Position numbers and translations under genes: made by a program | In this document: positions 13,827-27,200 of the stretch, piece after piece | Layout: each line of letters begins with the position of its first letter | Numbering within the stretch: the first letter of the stretch is position 1 | The notes under the pieces: model-generated | Database searches by the model: none | Seen by the model: the letters and a program-made list of their open reading frames with translations, nothing else | What the model was told of the DNA's origin: nothing | Source: Amphiscolops sp. MND2022 | Taxonomy: Eukaryota | Reading direction: 5' to 3' | DNA: 64,000 nt | Assembly: GCA_964187785.1 (NCBI GenBank) | Contig: OZ076409.1 | Location: 73,410,001 to 73,474,000, forward strand

Positions 13827-15170
13827 ATACCATTTCCTAAAAAATTTCAAATGCCCCCCATTTGACGTATAAGAATAGCACAGAAAACTATCACATACCG
13901 ATCGACTCTACTTCCATTGTAGATTACCAGAATTTTGTTTAGAACAATTTTTGACGGATGCAAAAAAAATTTAAACCCTCCAAAAAAGGGCCAAAATTAC
14001 ACGAAAAAATTGACCTTAAAATTTTAAAATGTCGAAAAATCATCAAAACCACAGCTTCTTGGGGTTCTATCAACTCCACGTGGTCCACAGAGTATGTTAA
14101 AACAAGTTTTACCCGTATTTGAGCAAGATGTGAAAAAGCCGACTTTTTTGGGAATGAAAAACATACCATTTCCTAAAAAATTTCAAACGCACCCCATTTG
14201 ACGTACAAGAATAGCACAGAAAACTATCACATACCGATCGACTCTACTTCCATTGTAGGTTACCAGAATCTTGTTTAGAACAATTGTTGACGGATGCAAA
14301 AAAAATTAAACCCTCCAAAAATGGGCCAAAATTACACGAAAAAATTGACCTTAAATTTTTAAAATGTCAAAAAATCATCAAAACCACAGCTTCTTGGGGT
14401 TCTATCAACTCCACGTGGTCCACAGAGTATGCTAAAACAGGTTTTACATGTTTCTGAGCTATATGTGAAAAAACCGACATTTTGGGGAAGAAAAACATAC
14501 CATTTCTTAAAAAATTTCAAATGCACGCCATTTGTCGTATGAGAATAGCACAGAAAACTATCACATACCGATCAAATCTACTTCTATTGTAGATTATCAG
14601 ATTTTTGTTTAGAACAAATTTTTATGGATATAAAAAATTTTTAAACCCTCCAAAAATGAGCCAAAATAACACGAAAAAATGGACCCTAAATTTTTAAAAT
14701 GTCAAAAAATTATCCAAACCACAGCTTCTTGGGGTTCTATCAGCTCCACGTGGTCCACAGAGTATGCTAAAACAGGTTTTGCCCGTTTTTGAGCAGTATA
14801 TGAAAAAGCCGACATTTTTGGGGAAGAAAAACATACCATTTCCTAAATAATTTCAAATGCAGGCAATTTGCCGTATGAGAGTAGCACAGAAAACTATCAC
14901 ACACCGATCAACTCTACTTCTTTTGTAGATTATCAGAATTATGTTTAGAGTAAAGTTTTATGGATATGAAAAATTTTTATACCCTCCAAAAATGGGCCAA
15001 AATGACACGAAAAAATTGACCTCAAATTTTTAAAATGTCAAAAAATTATCCAAACCACAGCGTCTTGGCGTTCTATCAACTCCAAATGACCTTCAGAGTA
15101 TACCAAACCAGGTATTGCCAATCTTTTGAGCAATATTTAAAAACACCGACTATTTGGCAAGAACACCATA
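13827..15170 (+). repeat. Internal tandem repeat, 4 x ~335 bp (second copy)
   Basis: Duplicate of 7082-8425, offset by 6745 bp. Confidence 0.92.
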
Positions 15171-18100
15171 ATATGTTCCATATAAGAAGTGAATCATTCC
15201 ACATATATACCCGGTCTAATATTTCCAAATTAGCGATAACATTAATACATGATGGTTTTTGAAAGTGAGCTTCATAAGAGGTTGAGATGTAATAATACGT
15301 AAATGGACCCTAAGTTTCATTGAAATCTCAATGGAATACGTCCAATCAACTTCAATCCTAACTATTATATAACAAAAAACACTTGAGTACATTCCATCTC
15401 CCCATCGGGGGAGATGAGAATGTACTTTTCAAAAGCCAAAAACTTCGAATTTTAAATCTTTTGTAACATTGTATGTAACTGTTGAAACGATGAACGAATG
15501 AAAATGCTTCTAGTACCTTCATCAATTTTTGCTTCAGCTCCTATTTCTGCAGAACAAAACCAAAAGACACACTTACAGCAGTTAAGTTCGATTGTATAAC
15601 TCAGTGAATAAAGGTATGACTGAGGAAGTTCACAAGTTGTTTCAAAAGTTTCCGGCCTTCCAAAATCATGAAACGTCCACACAACCAAGATAGCAAGTGA
15701 AAGAATGCTGAATGCACCTTATTAGATGAGATAAATAATGTGTGGAACTTGCCATTATCTCAAGATGACGTTGATTTATGATCTTTTAAGGATAGTTCGA
15801 TATGTGACCACAATAGTGGAAAACTTATTACTATTTGAAGAACACCGTGGAAAGCGTTCAGAAAGGACAGTATATTTGTTTCGAGCATGCATGCGTGTGT
15901 TCCTTTGGTGACGTTAGCTTAGTGTACATGACGGAGGTATTCGAGAGATTATGATAGAGTTTACTCACAAGTCTTTGTTTTTTTAAACTTTCTATGCCGT
16001 TGAGTACATTCGTAAGGTACATCCATCCCCTTCTCTGGGAATGTACGTTTGCCAAATGACTGTCATCCAAAATTCGTAATCCGGACGAGTTTAACTACAT
16101 AAACATGTGATGAGCGTTTTCAATTCACAACCGAATAACATTTTTTTCTCGAAAATGATGATGGTTTTGATTTTGATGTCTTCTACTTTTATCATCATGC
16201 AAACGACCTTACCATGTCTCTCTTGTGTCGTCATTTGTACAACGCCACATAGCGTTCCGACGCCCACCGTCTGTGGGCATGCCGAGGCATGCCCTTCGAC
16301 GACGTATGCCAAATGAGCCATACCCGCACTCTGGAGTGCGGTAGCGGCTAGGTGGGCGGGGGTAATTCCCCAACAAAAAAATCGGCCGGCGGGTCGGGTC
16401 CTGCCGGCCGTCCAAAATCAAAATCCTCCTAGTAGAAAACGGCATGTCAAACGAGCTATTTTTTTATTTAACCATACGAATTTCACCATTTTTTGCATGC
16501 GGCCCTGAAATGGCCATACGAGACGAAGTTCCTGCTGACGTTTTGCGATGTAAATGTTTTATAAAAAGTTGTGGCCGATTTGTCACTTACCAAGAAGGGC
16601 AAAATGAGGAAAATTTTTACAAAGTCGCTGATAACTCAAAATGTGTTAATTTTTGGACATTGACTGTGAAACAAGCTTGGAACCTTCATTTCGTGGCTGT
16701 GGCATTGCACTGAACACAAAAGATGTAAAGTTTTTACATTTTTTGAAAATTCGACATTTTTGATTTTTTTTTCACTAGTATCAGTACACTATATGTCAAA
16801 AACACCTCTGAAAAAAATTTTTATTTGCTCAAATTTAGAAACCTCGGTATCCATGGTTTCCGTCAGTACCTACTCGCTGCAAAACGCTCTACAGTTTGCA
16901 TCCAATGTGAATTTAAAAATTTTTTGGAAGACTTAGGTGTTTCACAAGGATTTCTCAACTTAGTATCAATTTACAAATTGGTCATTTTGAACACATTATT
17001 TCCATCGAAGCTTGTCGGCTATAGCCTTAATGTTCTAGAACGGTCTCACTGGCAACGTAGGAACCATTTATAGTAATAGAAAGTTTTAAAAAAATATTTT
17101 CACCCGGTCTTCAGTCATTTTTCAGTCATTCGGAACTTAACTTAGAAAAATTTCGACCAAAATACCCATTTTTTGTCAGGTCGAAAAATCAAAATCAGAT
17201 TTTTAAGCAAAATTATTAACTCTGACGTAACCCATGGGGCCCATGATACTCAAAACAACGATTGACACTGGTATCAATGGCTCCAATAACATATGAGTCG
17301 CGATAAGACGTTATTTTGAGCAATATGTCTCAATTAAGTTAAAGATCTCACCAACCAGTGATCACTGTGAAATGTAAATTCATTAAAAATTTACTCATTT
17401 TCGTCAATCACCATGTGCACAGAGTGCGTAGGGTGAGTTCCAGCACTATAATGAGGTTTTTGAAGGCATCGGGTTGCTCAAGGGGTGGTATGAGACATTT
17501 TTTTCCTATATACTACTGTATTTTCCAAAAGTTTTAGCCCATTATCTGGAAAAACTAACTTGACAAAATACTTTCAATAACTTTATTCAAAGGTTACAAT
17601 GTAGATGAACCCAGTGGTTGATCAAAAATTTTCATCTCTTTCGGTTTCCGAAATAATTCCCTTCGAATGTGTTACATTTGTAGCAGGAAAAAAACCGAAA
17701 CTAAAAAATACGCGATTTTGCTGAGATAGAATCGCAATGGTTGCCTCTAAAATCTCTTTAAATACTTCTAACGCGACCTTATGGACCCAAAATGATTGAA
17801 AATGCCATTCACAATGCTGACATGTGCTCTTTCGACGATCCTGGCTAGACAAGTTTTGCATATTTTTCAAGTACCTGTTAACTGAATTTTGTGATAGCCT
17901 TTTAAGTTGGCCTTGTGTCAACTTGGGAAGGCTATCACATCAAAAAACTTTCATCAAAAATACTTTATGTTTATACAATAATGTAGTCGATAGTTATTTT
18001 CGTGATTTTACACTACCGTTAGTACCTTCCGCCAGGTCAGCTGACGATTGCATGCTGTCTTTGATAAAAACGTATGAACACCAAGAAAATTTTGTTGTAT

Positions 18101-21100
18101 TTTTGTTGAAGAAAAGTATTAATAAATAATAAAAATATAATTCTAACCTTAAACAACTATAAATTTGCTTAACCGTTATTAGTCCTACCACCTATCATCA
18201 GCCTATGCCATGGCCCGGTGATTAGTAGTACAACGCCACATAAAGTAGCGACGCCCACAGTCTGTGGGCATGCCGAGGCATGCCCTTCGACGACGTATGG
18301 CAATTTTAGCGTAGCCCGCGGTCACTACCGCGGTAGCAGCTAGGTGGGCGGGGGTAATTCCCCAACAAAAATTACGGCCGGCGGGTTGGGTCCTGCCGGA
18401 CGTCAAATAGTGTGAAACATCCAGTAGGAAACGGCGACATAAATCAGCGATTTTAAAATTTAACCGTTAGAATTCGGACTTGGAGTGCATGCGGCCCCAA
18501 AATGCCCATACGAATCGAAGTTCCTGCTGACGTTAAGCGATAAAAACATTTTATAAAAAGTTATGGCCCATTTTACGTTCACCTATAAGGGTAAAATGAG
18601 GAAAATTTTTACAAAGTCGCTGATAACTCAAAATACATTAATTTTTGGACTTTGACTGTGAAACAAGCTTAGAACCTTCATTTCGTGGCTGTAGCATTGC
18701 ACTGAACACAAAAGATGTAAAGTTTTTACATTTTTTGAAAATTCGACATTTTTGATTTTTTTTTCACTACTATCAGTACACTATATGTCAAAAACGCCTC
18801 TGAAAAAAATTTTTATTTGCTTAAAATTAGAAACCTTGGTATCCATGGTTTCTGTCGGAACCTACTCGCTGCCAAACACCCAACAGTTTGCATCCAATGT
18901 GAATTCAAAATTTTTTTCGAGGTCATAAGGGTTTCACAAGGTTTTCATAACTTAGTATTAAACTACAAACTGGTCATTTTCAACATAATATCTTTGTCGA
19001 GGCATGTCGGATATAGTCCTATTGCTCTCGAACGGTCCTACTGGCAACGTAATAACCATTTATAGAAATGTAAAGTTTTAAAAAAATTTTTTCACCCGGT
19101 CTTCAGTCATTTTTCAGTCATTCGGAACTTAACTTAGAAAAATTTCGACCAAAAATTCCATTTTTTGTCAGGTCGAAAAATCAAATTCAGATTTTTAAGC
19201 AAAATTATTAACTCTGACGTAACCCATGGGGCCCATGATACTCAAAACAACGATTGACACTGGTATCAATGGCTCCAATAACATATGAGTCGCGATAAGA
19301 CGTTATTTTGAGCATTACGTCTCAATTGAGGTAAAGATCTCGCAAGCCAGCGATCACTGTGAAATGTGATTTCATCAAAAATTTACTCTTTTTTGTCAAT
19401 CACTATGTGCACAGAATGCGTAGGGTGCGTTTCAGCACTATAATGAGGTTTTTGAAGGCATCGAGTTGCTCAAGGGGTGGTATGAGACATTTTTGTCCCA
19501 TATACTACTGTATTTTCCAGAATTTTTAGCCCAATATCTGGAGATACAAACTTGACAAAATACTTTCAACTACTTTATTCAAAGGTTACAATATAGATGA
19601 ACACTGTGGTTGATCAGAAACTTTCATCTCTTTCGTTTTCCGAAATAATTCCCTTCGCATGTGTTACATTCGTAGCAGAAAAAAAAATCGAAACTGAAAA
19701 ATACGCAATTTTGCTAATATAGAATCGCAATGATTGTGCCTAAAAACTCTTTAAACACTTCTAACGCAACCTTACGCACCCAAAATGATCGAAAATGCTA
19801 TTCACAATGGTGACATGTGCTCTTTCTACGATCCTGGCTGGACAAGGTTTGCATATTTTTCAAGTACCTGTCAGCTAAATCTTGTGATAGCCTTTTCAGT
19901 TGGCCTTGTGTCAACTTGGGAAGGCTATCACATCAAAAAACCATCAACAAAAATAATTTTTGTTTATTGGATCTTACAGTCGATACTTTTTTTCGTGTTT
20001 CTATACTACCGTTAGTATATTTCCTCAGGTCACCTTACGATTGCATTCAGTCTTTGATGAAAACCTATGAACTCAAAGTCACATTTATAGATTTTTTTGC
20101 CAAAAAAAACATCAAAAATATCTAAAATATATAAAATAGAGTCTTTAACATTTTTAAATTTCAAGTTTTTGCCGTTATTAGGCCAATCAACGTCCTAGAG
20201 CCACATCCTGTCATACTGTACAACGCCACATAGTGTTGCGACGTGCACAGTCTGTGGGCATGCCGAGGCATGCCCTTCGACGACGTATGCCGAATACCGC
20301 GGGCCTACGCCCGCGCTCCCCGGCTAGGTGGGCGGGGGTAATTCCCCAACAAAAATTACGGCCGGCGGGTTGGGTCCTGCCGGACGTCAAATAGTGTGAA
20401 ACATCCAGTAGAAAACGGGGGTCATTATCAGCGATTTTAAAATTTAACCGTTAGAATTCGGACTTGGATTGCATGCGGCCCCAAAATGCCCATACGAATC
20501 GAAGTTCCTGCTGACGTTAAGCGATAAAAACACTTTATAAAAAGTTATGGCCCATTTTACGTTCACTTAGAGAGGTAAAATGAGGAAAATTTTAACAAAG
20601 TTGCTGATAACTCAAAATACATTAATTTTTGGACTTTGACTGTGAAACAAGCTTGGAACCTTCATTTCGTGGCTGTGGCATTGCACTGAACACAAAAGAT
20701 GTAAAGTTTTCACATTTTTTGAAAATTCGACATTTTTGATTTTTTTTTCACTACTATCAGTACACTATATGTCAAAAACACCTCTGAAAAAATTTTTTAT
20801 TTGCCTAAATTTAGAAACCTCGGTATCCATGGTTTCCGTCAGTACCTACTCGCTGTCAAACGCTCAACAGTTTGCATCCAATGTGAAAATAAATTTTTTT
20901 TGGAGGTCTTAGGTGTTTCACAAGGATTTCTCAACTTAGTATCAATTTACAAATTGGTCATTTTGAACACATTATTTTCATCGAAGCGTGTCATATACCG
21001 CCCTAATGCTCACGAACGGGCCTACTGGCAACGTTGGAACCATTTGTAGTAATAGAAAGTTTTAAAAAAAATTTTTCACCCGGTCTTCAGTCATTTTTCA

Positions 21101-24100
21101 CACATTCGGAACTTAACTTAGAAAAATTTCAACCAAAAAACCCATTTTTTGTCAAGTCGAAAATTCAAATTCAGCTTTTTAGGCAAAATTATTAAATCAG
21201 ACATAACCAGTGGGGCCCACGAAACTCAAAACCACGATTGACACTGGTATCAATGGCTCCAATAACATATGAGTCGCGATAAGACGTTATTTTGAGCAAT
21301 ACGTCTCAATTGAGATAAACATATCGCAAGCCAGGGATCACTGTGAAATGTGATTTCATCAAAATTTTACTCATTTTCGTCAATCACTATGTGCACAGAG
21401 TGCGTTGGGTGAATTCCAGCACTATAATGAGGTTTTTGAAGGCATCGAGTTGTTCAAGGGGTGGTATGAGACATTTTTTTCTTATATACTACTGTATTTT
21501 CCAAAACTTTTTGCCCATTATCTGGAAAAACTAACTTGACAAAAAACTTTCAATTATTTTATTCAATGGTTACATTATAGAAGAACCCTCTGGTTGATCA
21601 GAAACTTTCATCTCTTTCGTTTTCCGAAATAATTCCCTTCGCATGTGTTATATTTGTAACAGGAAAAAATCCAAAACTAAAAAATACGCAATTTTGCTGA
21701 GATAGAATTGCAATGGTTGCGCCTAAAATCTCTCTAAATACTTCTAACGCGACCTTACGGACCCAAAATGATTGAAAATGCCATTCACAATGCTGACATG
21801 TGCTTTTTCTACGATCCTGGTTGAACAAGTTTTGCATATTGTTCAAGTACCTGTTAACTGAATTTTGTGATAGCCTTTCAAGTTGGCCTTGTGTCAACTT
21901 GGGAAGGCTGTCACATCAAAAAACTGTCAACAAAAATACCATTGGTTTATAGGATATTGCTGTCGATGCCTAATTTCGTGATTCGATCATGTTGTATGTT
22001 CCTTCCATCAAGTCAGCTAACAATTTGATTCAGTGTTTGAAAAGAACCTATGATTTTCATGACAATTTTCGTTTTTTTTGCTAACAAAAAGTACAAATAA
22101 AGGATATAAAACATATTTGTAACCTTTAGGAAGTTTAACTTTACCTTTTTTAACCGTTACCATCACCACCCACCCCCTACGACCTCGCAGTGTCATCATT
22201 ACAACGCCACATAGTGTTGCGACGTGCACAGTCTGTGGGCATGCCGAGGCATGCCCTTCGACGACGTATGCCGAATACCGCGGGCCTACGCCCGCGCTCC
22301 CCGGCTAGGTGGGCGGGGATTTCACCCCAAAAAAAACTAGAGCGGCGGGTAGGGTCCTGCCGCGAACTCCCAAAACAGCTATCGCTTATAAGAAAAAGCA
22401 CCCCCTCAACAGCCGATTTTAAAATCTAACCGTACGATTCTTCTCATTTTTTGCATGCGGCCCTAATTTGCCCATACGAGACGAAGTTCCTGCTGACGTT
22501 AAGCCCTAAAAACATTATAAAAAAAGTTATGGCCAATTTTTGGTCCCCATTAGATGTAAAAATGATGAAATTTTTCATAAAAGGGCAAATATCTCAAAAT
22601 GCAATAATTTTTGGACATTGACTGTGAAACAAGCTTGGAACCTTCATTTCGTGGCTGTGGCATTGCACTGAACACAAAAGATGTAAAGTTTTTACATTTT
22701 TTGAAAATTTGACATTTTTGAAATTTTTTTCACTACTATCAGTACCATATATGTCAAAAACACCTCAGAAAAAAAATTTTTATTTGCTTTAACTTGGAAA
22801 CCTTGGTATCCATGGTTTCTGTCGGAACCTACTCGCAGCCAAACACCCAACAGTTTGCATCCAATGTTAAAATAAAAATTTTTTCTGGGTCATAAGCGTT
22901 TCACAATGATTTCTCAACTTAGTATTAATTTACAAAATGGTCATTTTGAACACAAGATTTTCATCGAGGCTTGTCGGCTATAGCCTTAATGTTCTAGAAC
23001 GGTCCCACTGGCAACGTAGGAACCATTTATAGTAATAGAAAGTTTTAAAAAAATATTTTCACCCGGTCTTCAGTCATTTTTCAGTCATTCGGAACTTAAC
23101 TTAGAAAAATTTCGTCTCAAAAACCCATTTTTCGTCAGGTCGAAATTTGAAATTCAGCTTTTGAAGCACAAATATGCACTCTGACGTAACCAGTGGGGCC
23201 AATGATACTCAACAACACCATTGAGACTGGTATCAGTGGCTCCAATAACATATGAGCCGCGATAAGACGTTATTTTTAACAAAACTGTTCATATGAAGTA
23301 AACATCTCGGAACCCTTGAATCACAGTGAATGTTGATTTGAACAAAAATTTATTCTTTTTTGTCAATCACTATGTACACAGAATGCGTACGGTGAGTTTC
23401 AGCACTACTATGAGGATTTTGAAGGAATCGGGTTGCTCAAGGCGTGGTATGAGACACTTTTGTCTCATATACTACTGCTTTTTTGAATAACTTTTCGCCC
23501 AATATCTCACAAAGCAAACCTAAAAAATACTTTCCGATACTTAATTCACTTCTTAGAAAATAATTTAACATTGTGGTTGATCAGAAACTCTCAACTCTTA
23601 TGTTTTTCAATAAATATTCCTTCGCATGTGTCCCATTTGTAGCATTAAAAAAAGCTGAAGCTAAAAAATACGCTATTTTGCTAAGATAGAATTACAAGTA
23701 TTGTAACCAATATATCTTTAAATACTTCTAACGCCACCTTACGGACCCAAGATGATTGAAAATACTGTTCACAAGGATCACATGTGCTCTTTCTGCGATC
23801 TAGGCTGCTCATTTTTTGCTTAGTTCACATGTAGCTGTTAACTGTATCTTGTGATAGCCTTTTAAGTTGGCCTTGTGTCAACTTGTGAAGGCTATCACAT
23901 CAAAAAACTATAAACAAAAGTACGTTTTGTTTACAGGGTATAGCTTTCGATAGTTATTTTTGTGATTCTGTCTAACGTTGGTACCTTCCATGATGTCAGC
24001 TAATGATAGCATTCAGTCTTTGATAAAAACCTATGAACTCCAAGCACATTTAGACATTTTTTGCTATAAAAAGTCATCAAAAACATCGAAATTATTTCAA

Positions 24101-24287
24101 ATTGAGTCTTTAACGTTTGTATTTTTTGTTTTTCTACTGTTGTTAGGCCCATGAACATCTTACAGCCACGCTGTCTGTCATTAGTACAACGCCACATAGT
24201 GTTGCGACGTCCACCGTCCGTGGGCATGCCGAGGCATGCCCTTCGACGACGTATGCCAAATATACGCGTTAGCGCGGTAGCAGCTAG

Positions 24288-27200
24288 GTGCCGGGATTTC
24301 TATTCGATAAGGAATTTTGCGCGGTTGGGTAGGGCCCCGTGAGCGCGCCAGGGGATTGTGTTAGAACAACCGGAAATTCGGCATACGATTTTGGCGATTT
24401 TCTAAACTATCCATACGATTTGGCTCAAATTTGGCATACGGGTTCCTGAGACAGATATAAGAACTAATTCCTACTGGCGTTTTGCCCGGAAAATTTTTTT
24501 TGTTGCCCAAAATTGAAATTTTCGGCAAAAAAATGCGATTTTTTTTGAAAAATTTTTTTTGAGAGGCCATATCTTTTTTCAGGGTGCCCGGAGCGGGACG
24601 CGTTAAACTGATTATAAACTCTACGGTTCATGGGCTTTACGGAGAACCTAAGCTCGTTTCGCTCGGACAAATAGTCTTGGAGATATAACGGGATTTTTCG
24701 GGAATTTTTTGAAAATTTTTCTAACGGTCCAGCTTATCTTTGCCATTTTTTCAAAAATGCACTCGCCTAAAGGCCTCCCCTGGCCGGTTTTATTCCCAGC
24801 AAAACCATTTGGCCCTAAATACGGAGTTTCAGCGTTCCAGCATTCCCGGGCGAAAAGTTGTGGGACTTAGAAAAATTTCAAAATTTTTCAAAAATTTTTT
24901 TTCCGTTTTCCGCCCTCCCCCCCGAGGGGAAAAGACCCCCCAACCAGTAATTTGAGTGAATTCATGTGGAAAGGCCATGTTTAGAGGAGAAAAATGCCGT
25001 TTAGATCGTCTTTTTATTTTAACCTGTCGTTGACTTATGTTGTTTTGAAGGTGATGTTTGGATGTGTGAAGCATGTGAAAAGGTAATTTATTGTGTCTTT
25101 AGCTCTTCTAAAAGCCATTGAGATACAAGGTGTAGCACTCAGAACGTGTTTAATTCTAAATTAGCAATGCATCAACACTTTTTGTGTCTTTGGACTCTGT
25201 TAAAAAATTTTTTCCGACTAAAATCAAAAATTATTTATAATTATTCACATTTTTTTCTGATCTCATGACTCGAAACAGTTGAGTACATTCCATCTCCCTT
25301 CCCGGGGGAGATGAGAATGTACTCTCTAAAGACCAAGTACTACAGTACTTACCTTCCCCGAGCAACGCCCCATAAAAATTGCGTTTTGATCATTCTATTT
25401 TGACATAATTCTATATTTGTAATTTGACTGGAAATGAAGAAAATCCGCACGTGCTCTTTTATATCAAGTATCTTAACAACGCCATCTCTAACCTCAACGC
25501 CCCATAGTTCACATCAACGCCCACCGTCCGTGGGCATGCCGAGGCATGCCCTTCGACGACGTATGCCAAAGATATTCCCGAGCGCGTTAGCCTAGGTGCC
25601 GGGATTTCTATTCGATAAAGTATGTGGCGCGCCTTGGGTAGGGTCCCTTGCGCGCTCTTGGGTATGGTGTTCACCAGCTAGGAAACAGGGGTCGATTTTT
25701 CGGGATCTCCTAAACTAGCCACACGATTTGGCTGAAATTTGGCACACGTACTCCCCTCGGCACGGTGAAGATGATTTCCTACTGACGTTTTTCCCGCAAA
25801 ATTTTTTTTGTTGTCCAAAATAACGGTTTTTGGGGTAAAATTTTGAACTTTTTTTAAATTTCATCTTATATCTCGCCACGGGTTTACGCTAGCGCTTCAA
25901 AACCCTGCTAAAGAAAGCTTGCAAACTGTCTCAGGAATGCGGTGTGAAATTTTCAGCTCAATTGGACTTAAACTCGGGGAGATATAGCGTTTTTCCGGAG
26001 CGGGGGGGTTTCATTTTTCTAACGGTCCAGCTTATCTTAGCCATTTTTTCGAAAATGTACTCGCCTAAAGACCTCCCCTGGCCGGTTTTATTCCCAGCAA
26101 AACCATTTGGCCCTAAATACGGAGTTTCAGCGTTCCAGCATTCCCGGGCGAAAAGTTGTGGGACTTAGAAAAGTTCAAAAATTTTCAAAAAATTTTTTTT
26201 CCGTTTTCCGCCCTCCCCCCCTAGGGGAAAAGACCCCCCAACCAGTAATTTGAGTGAATTCATGTGGAAAGGCCATGTTTAGAGGAGAAAAATGCCGTTT
26301 AGAACGTCTTTTTATCTTGGCTCAACGTTGACTTATGACGTTTTGAAGGTGATGTTTGGAGGTGTAAAGCACGTGAATAGTAAACGTTATGAGTATTTAT
26401 CTGATCTGAAAGCCATTGAGATGCAACCTGTTTTGCTCAAAACGTAATTCATGGCAGTTTGGTAGTCAATCAACACCCTTTGTTGTCATTTGACATCTTT
26501 TTTTGTTGTTATAAGAAAAAATTTCGTGTATTTATTCATTTTTTTCTCATCAAATAACTTGAAACAGTTGAGTACATTCCATCCCCCCTTCACGGGGGAG
26601 ATGAGAATGTACTCGCAAAAAGCCCCGAACTACGGCCCTTACCTTCCTGAGCTACGCAGTATAAAGATTGCATATTGGTTCCGACATTTTGATAGAGTTA
26701 TATCTTGGTAATCTGTCTGGGTATGCAGAAAAACCAGCACGTGCTTTTTTATACCAAGTTGCTCACAACGACATTTCTTTTATATCAACGCCCCCATATT
26801 TATCAACGCCCCCCGTCCGTGGGCATGCCGAGGCATGCCCTTCGACGACGTATACCAAGATATGTTCGAGCGCGTTAGCCTAGGTGGCCGTGTCTTTTCG
26901 ACGTGCTTTTGCATTGAGGAGTGGGTAGGGCCCCGCGACGACCTAGAAGAATTGGATGCTCACCGAAACGTGCAGAATTCTACGAGATCTCATAGTTTGA
27001 GCCATACGATTTTTCTGAAATTTGGCATGTGGCCTGGAATTGGTGAGTAGGTAAAACGTGTAGAAGGTAATTTTTCCCAAATTCCACTGTGAGAGGAGAT
27101 ATGGGCAAATAACGGACCCAAAAATGGCAAAAATGCACATTTTTCAACTTTGTCAGCCAATATCTCATTTCCAGGTGCCCGTAGCGTTCCGCACGTGGAC

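Larger units (their letters stand above)
2862..16351 (+). repeat. Higher-order repeat, 2 x 6745 bp (1.98-kb unit + 4.76-kb unit)
   Basis: 1986+4759 = 1984+4761 = 6745. The bodies of the 4.76-kb units (4848-9606 and 11591-16351) are nearly identical, and their short ORF tracks are duplicated. Confidence 0.9.
1..24287 (+). mobile_element. Block of ~1.98-kb family units (putative non-autonomous elements), including two expanded 4.76-kb members
   Basis: Junction spacings are 1984, 1986, 4759, 1984, 4761, 1992, 1984, 1981 and 1979. Units start GTGGGCGGGG and the standard-length members align end to end. The repeat is directly seen; mobility is inferred from the terminal structure. Confidence 0.6.
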
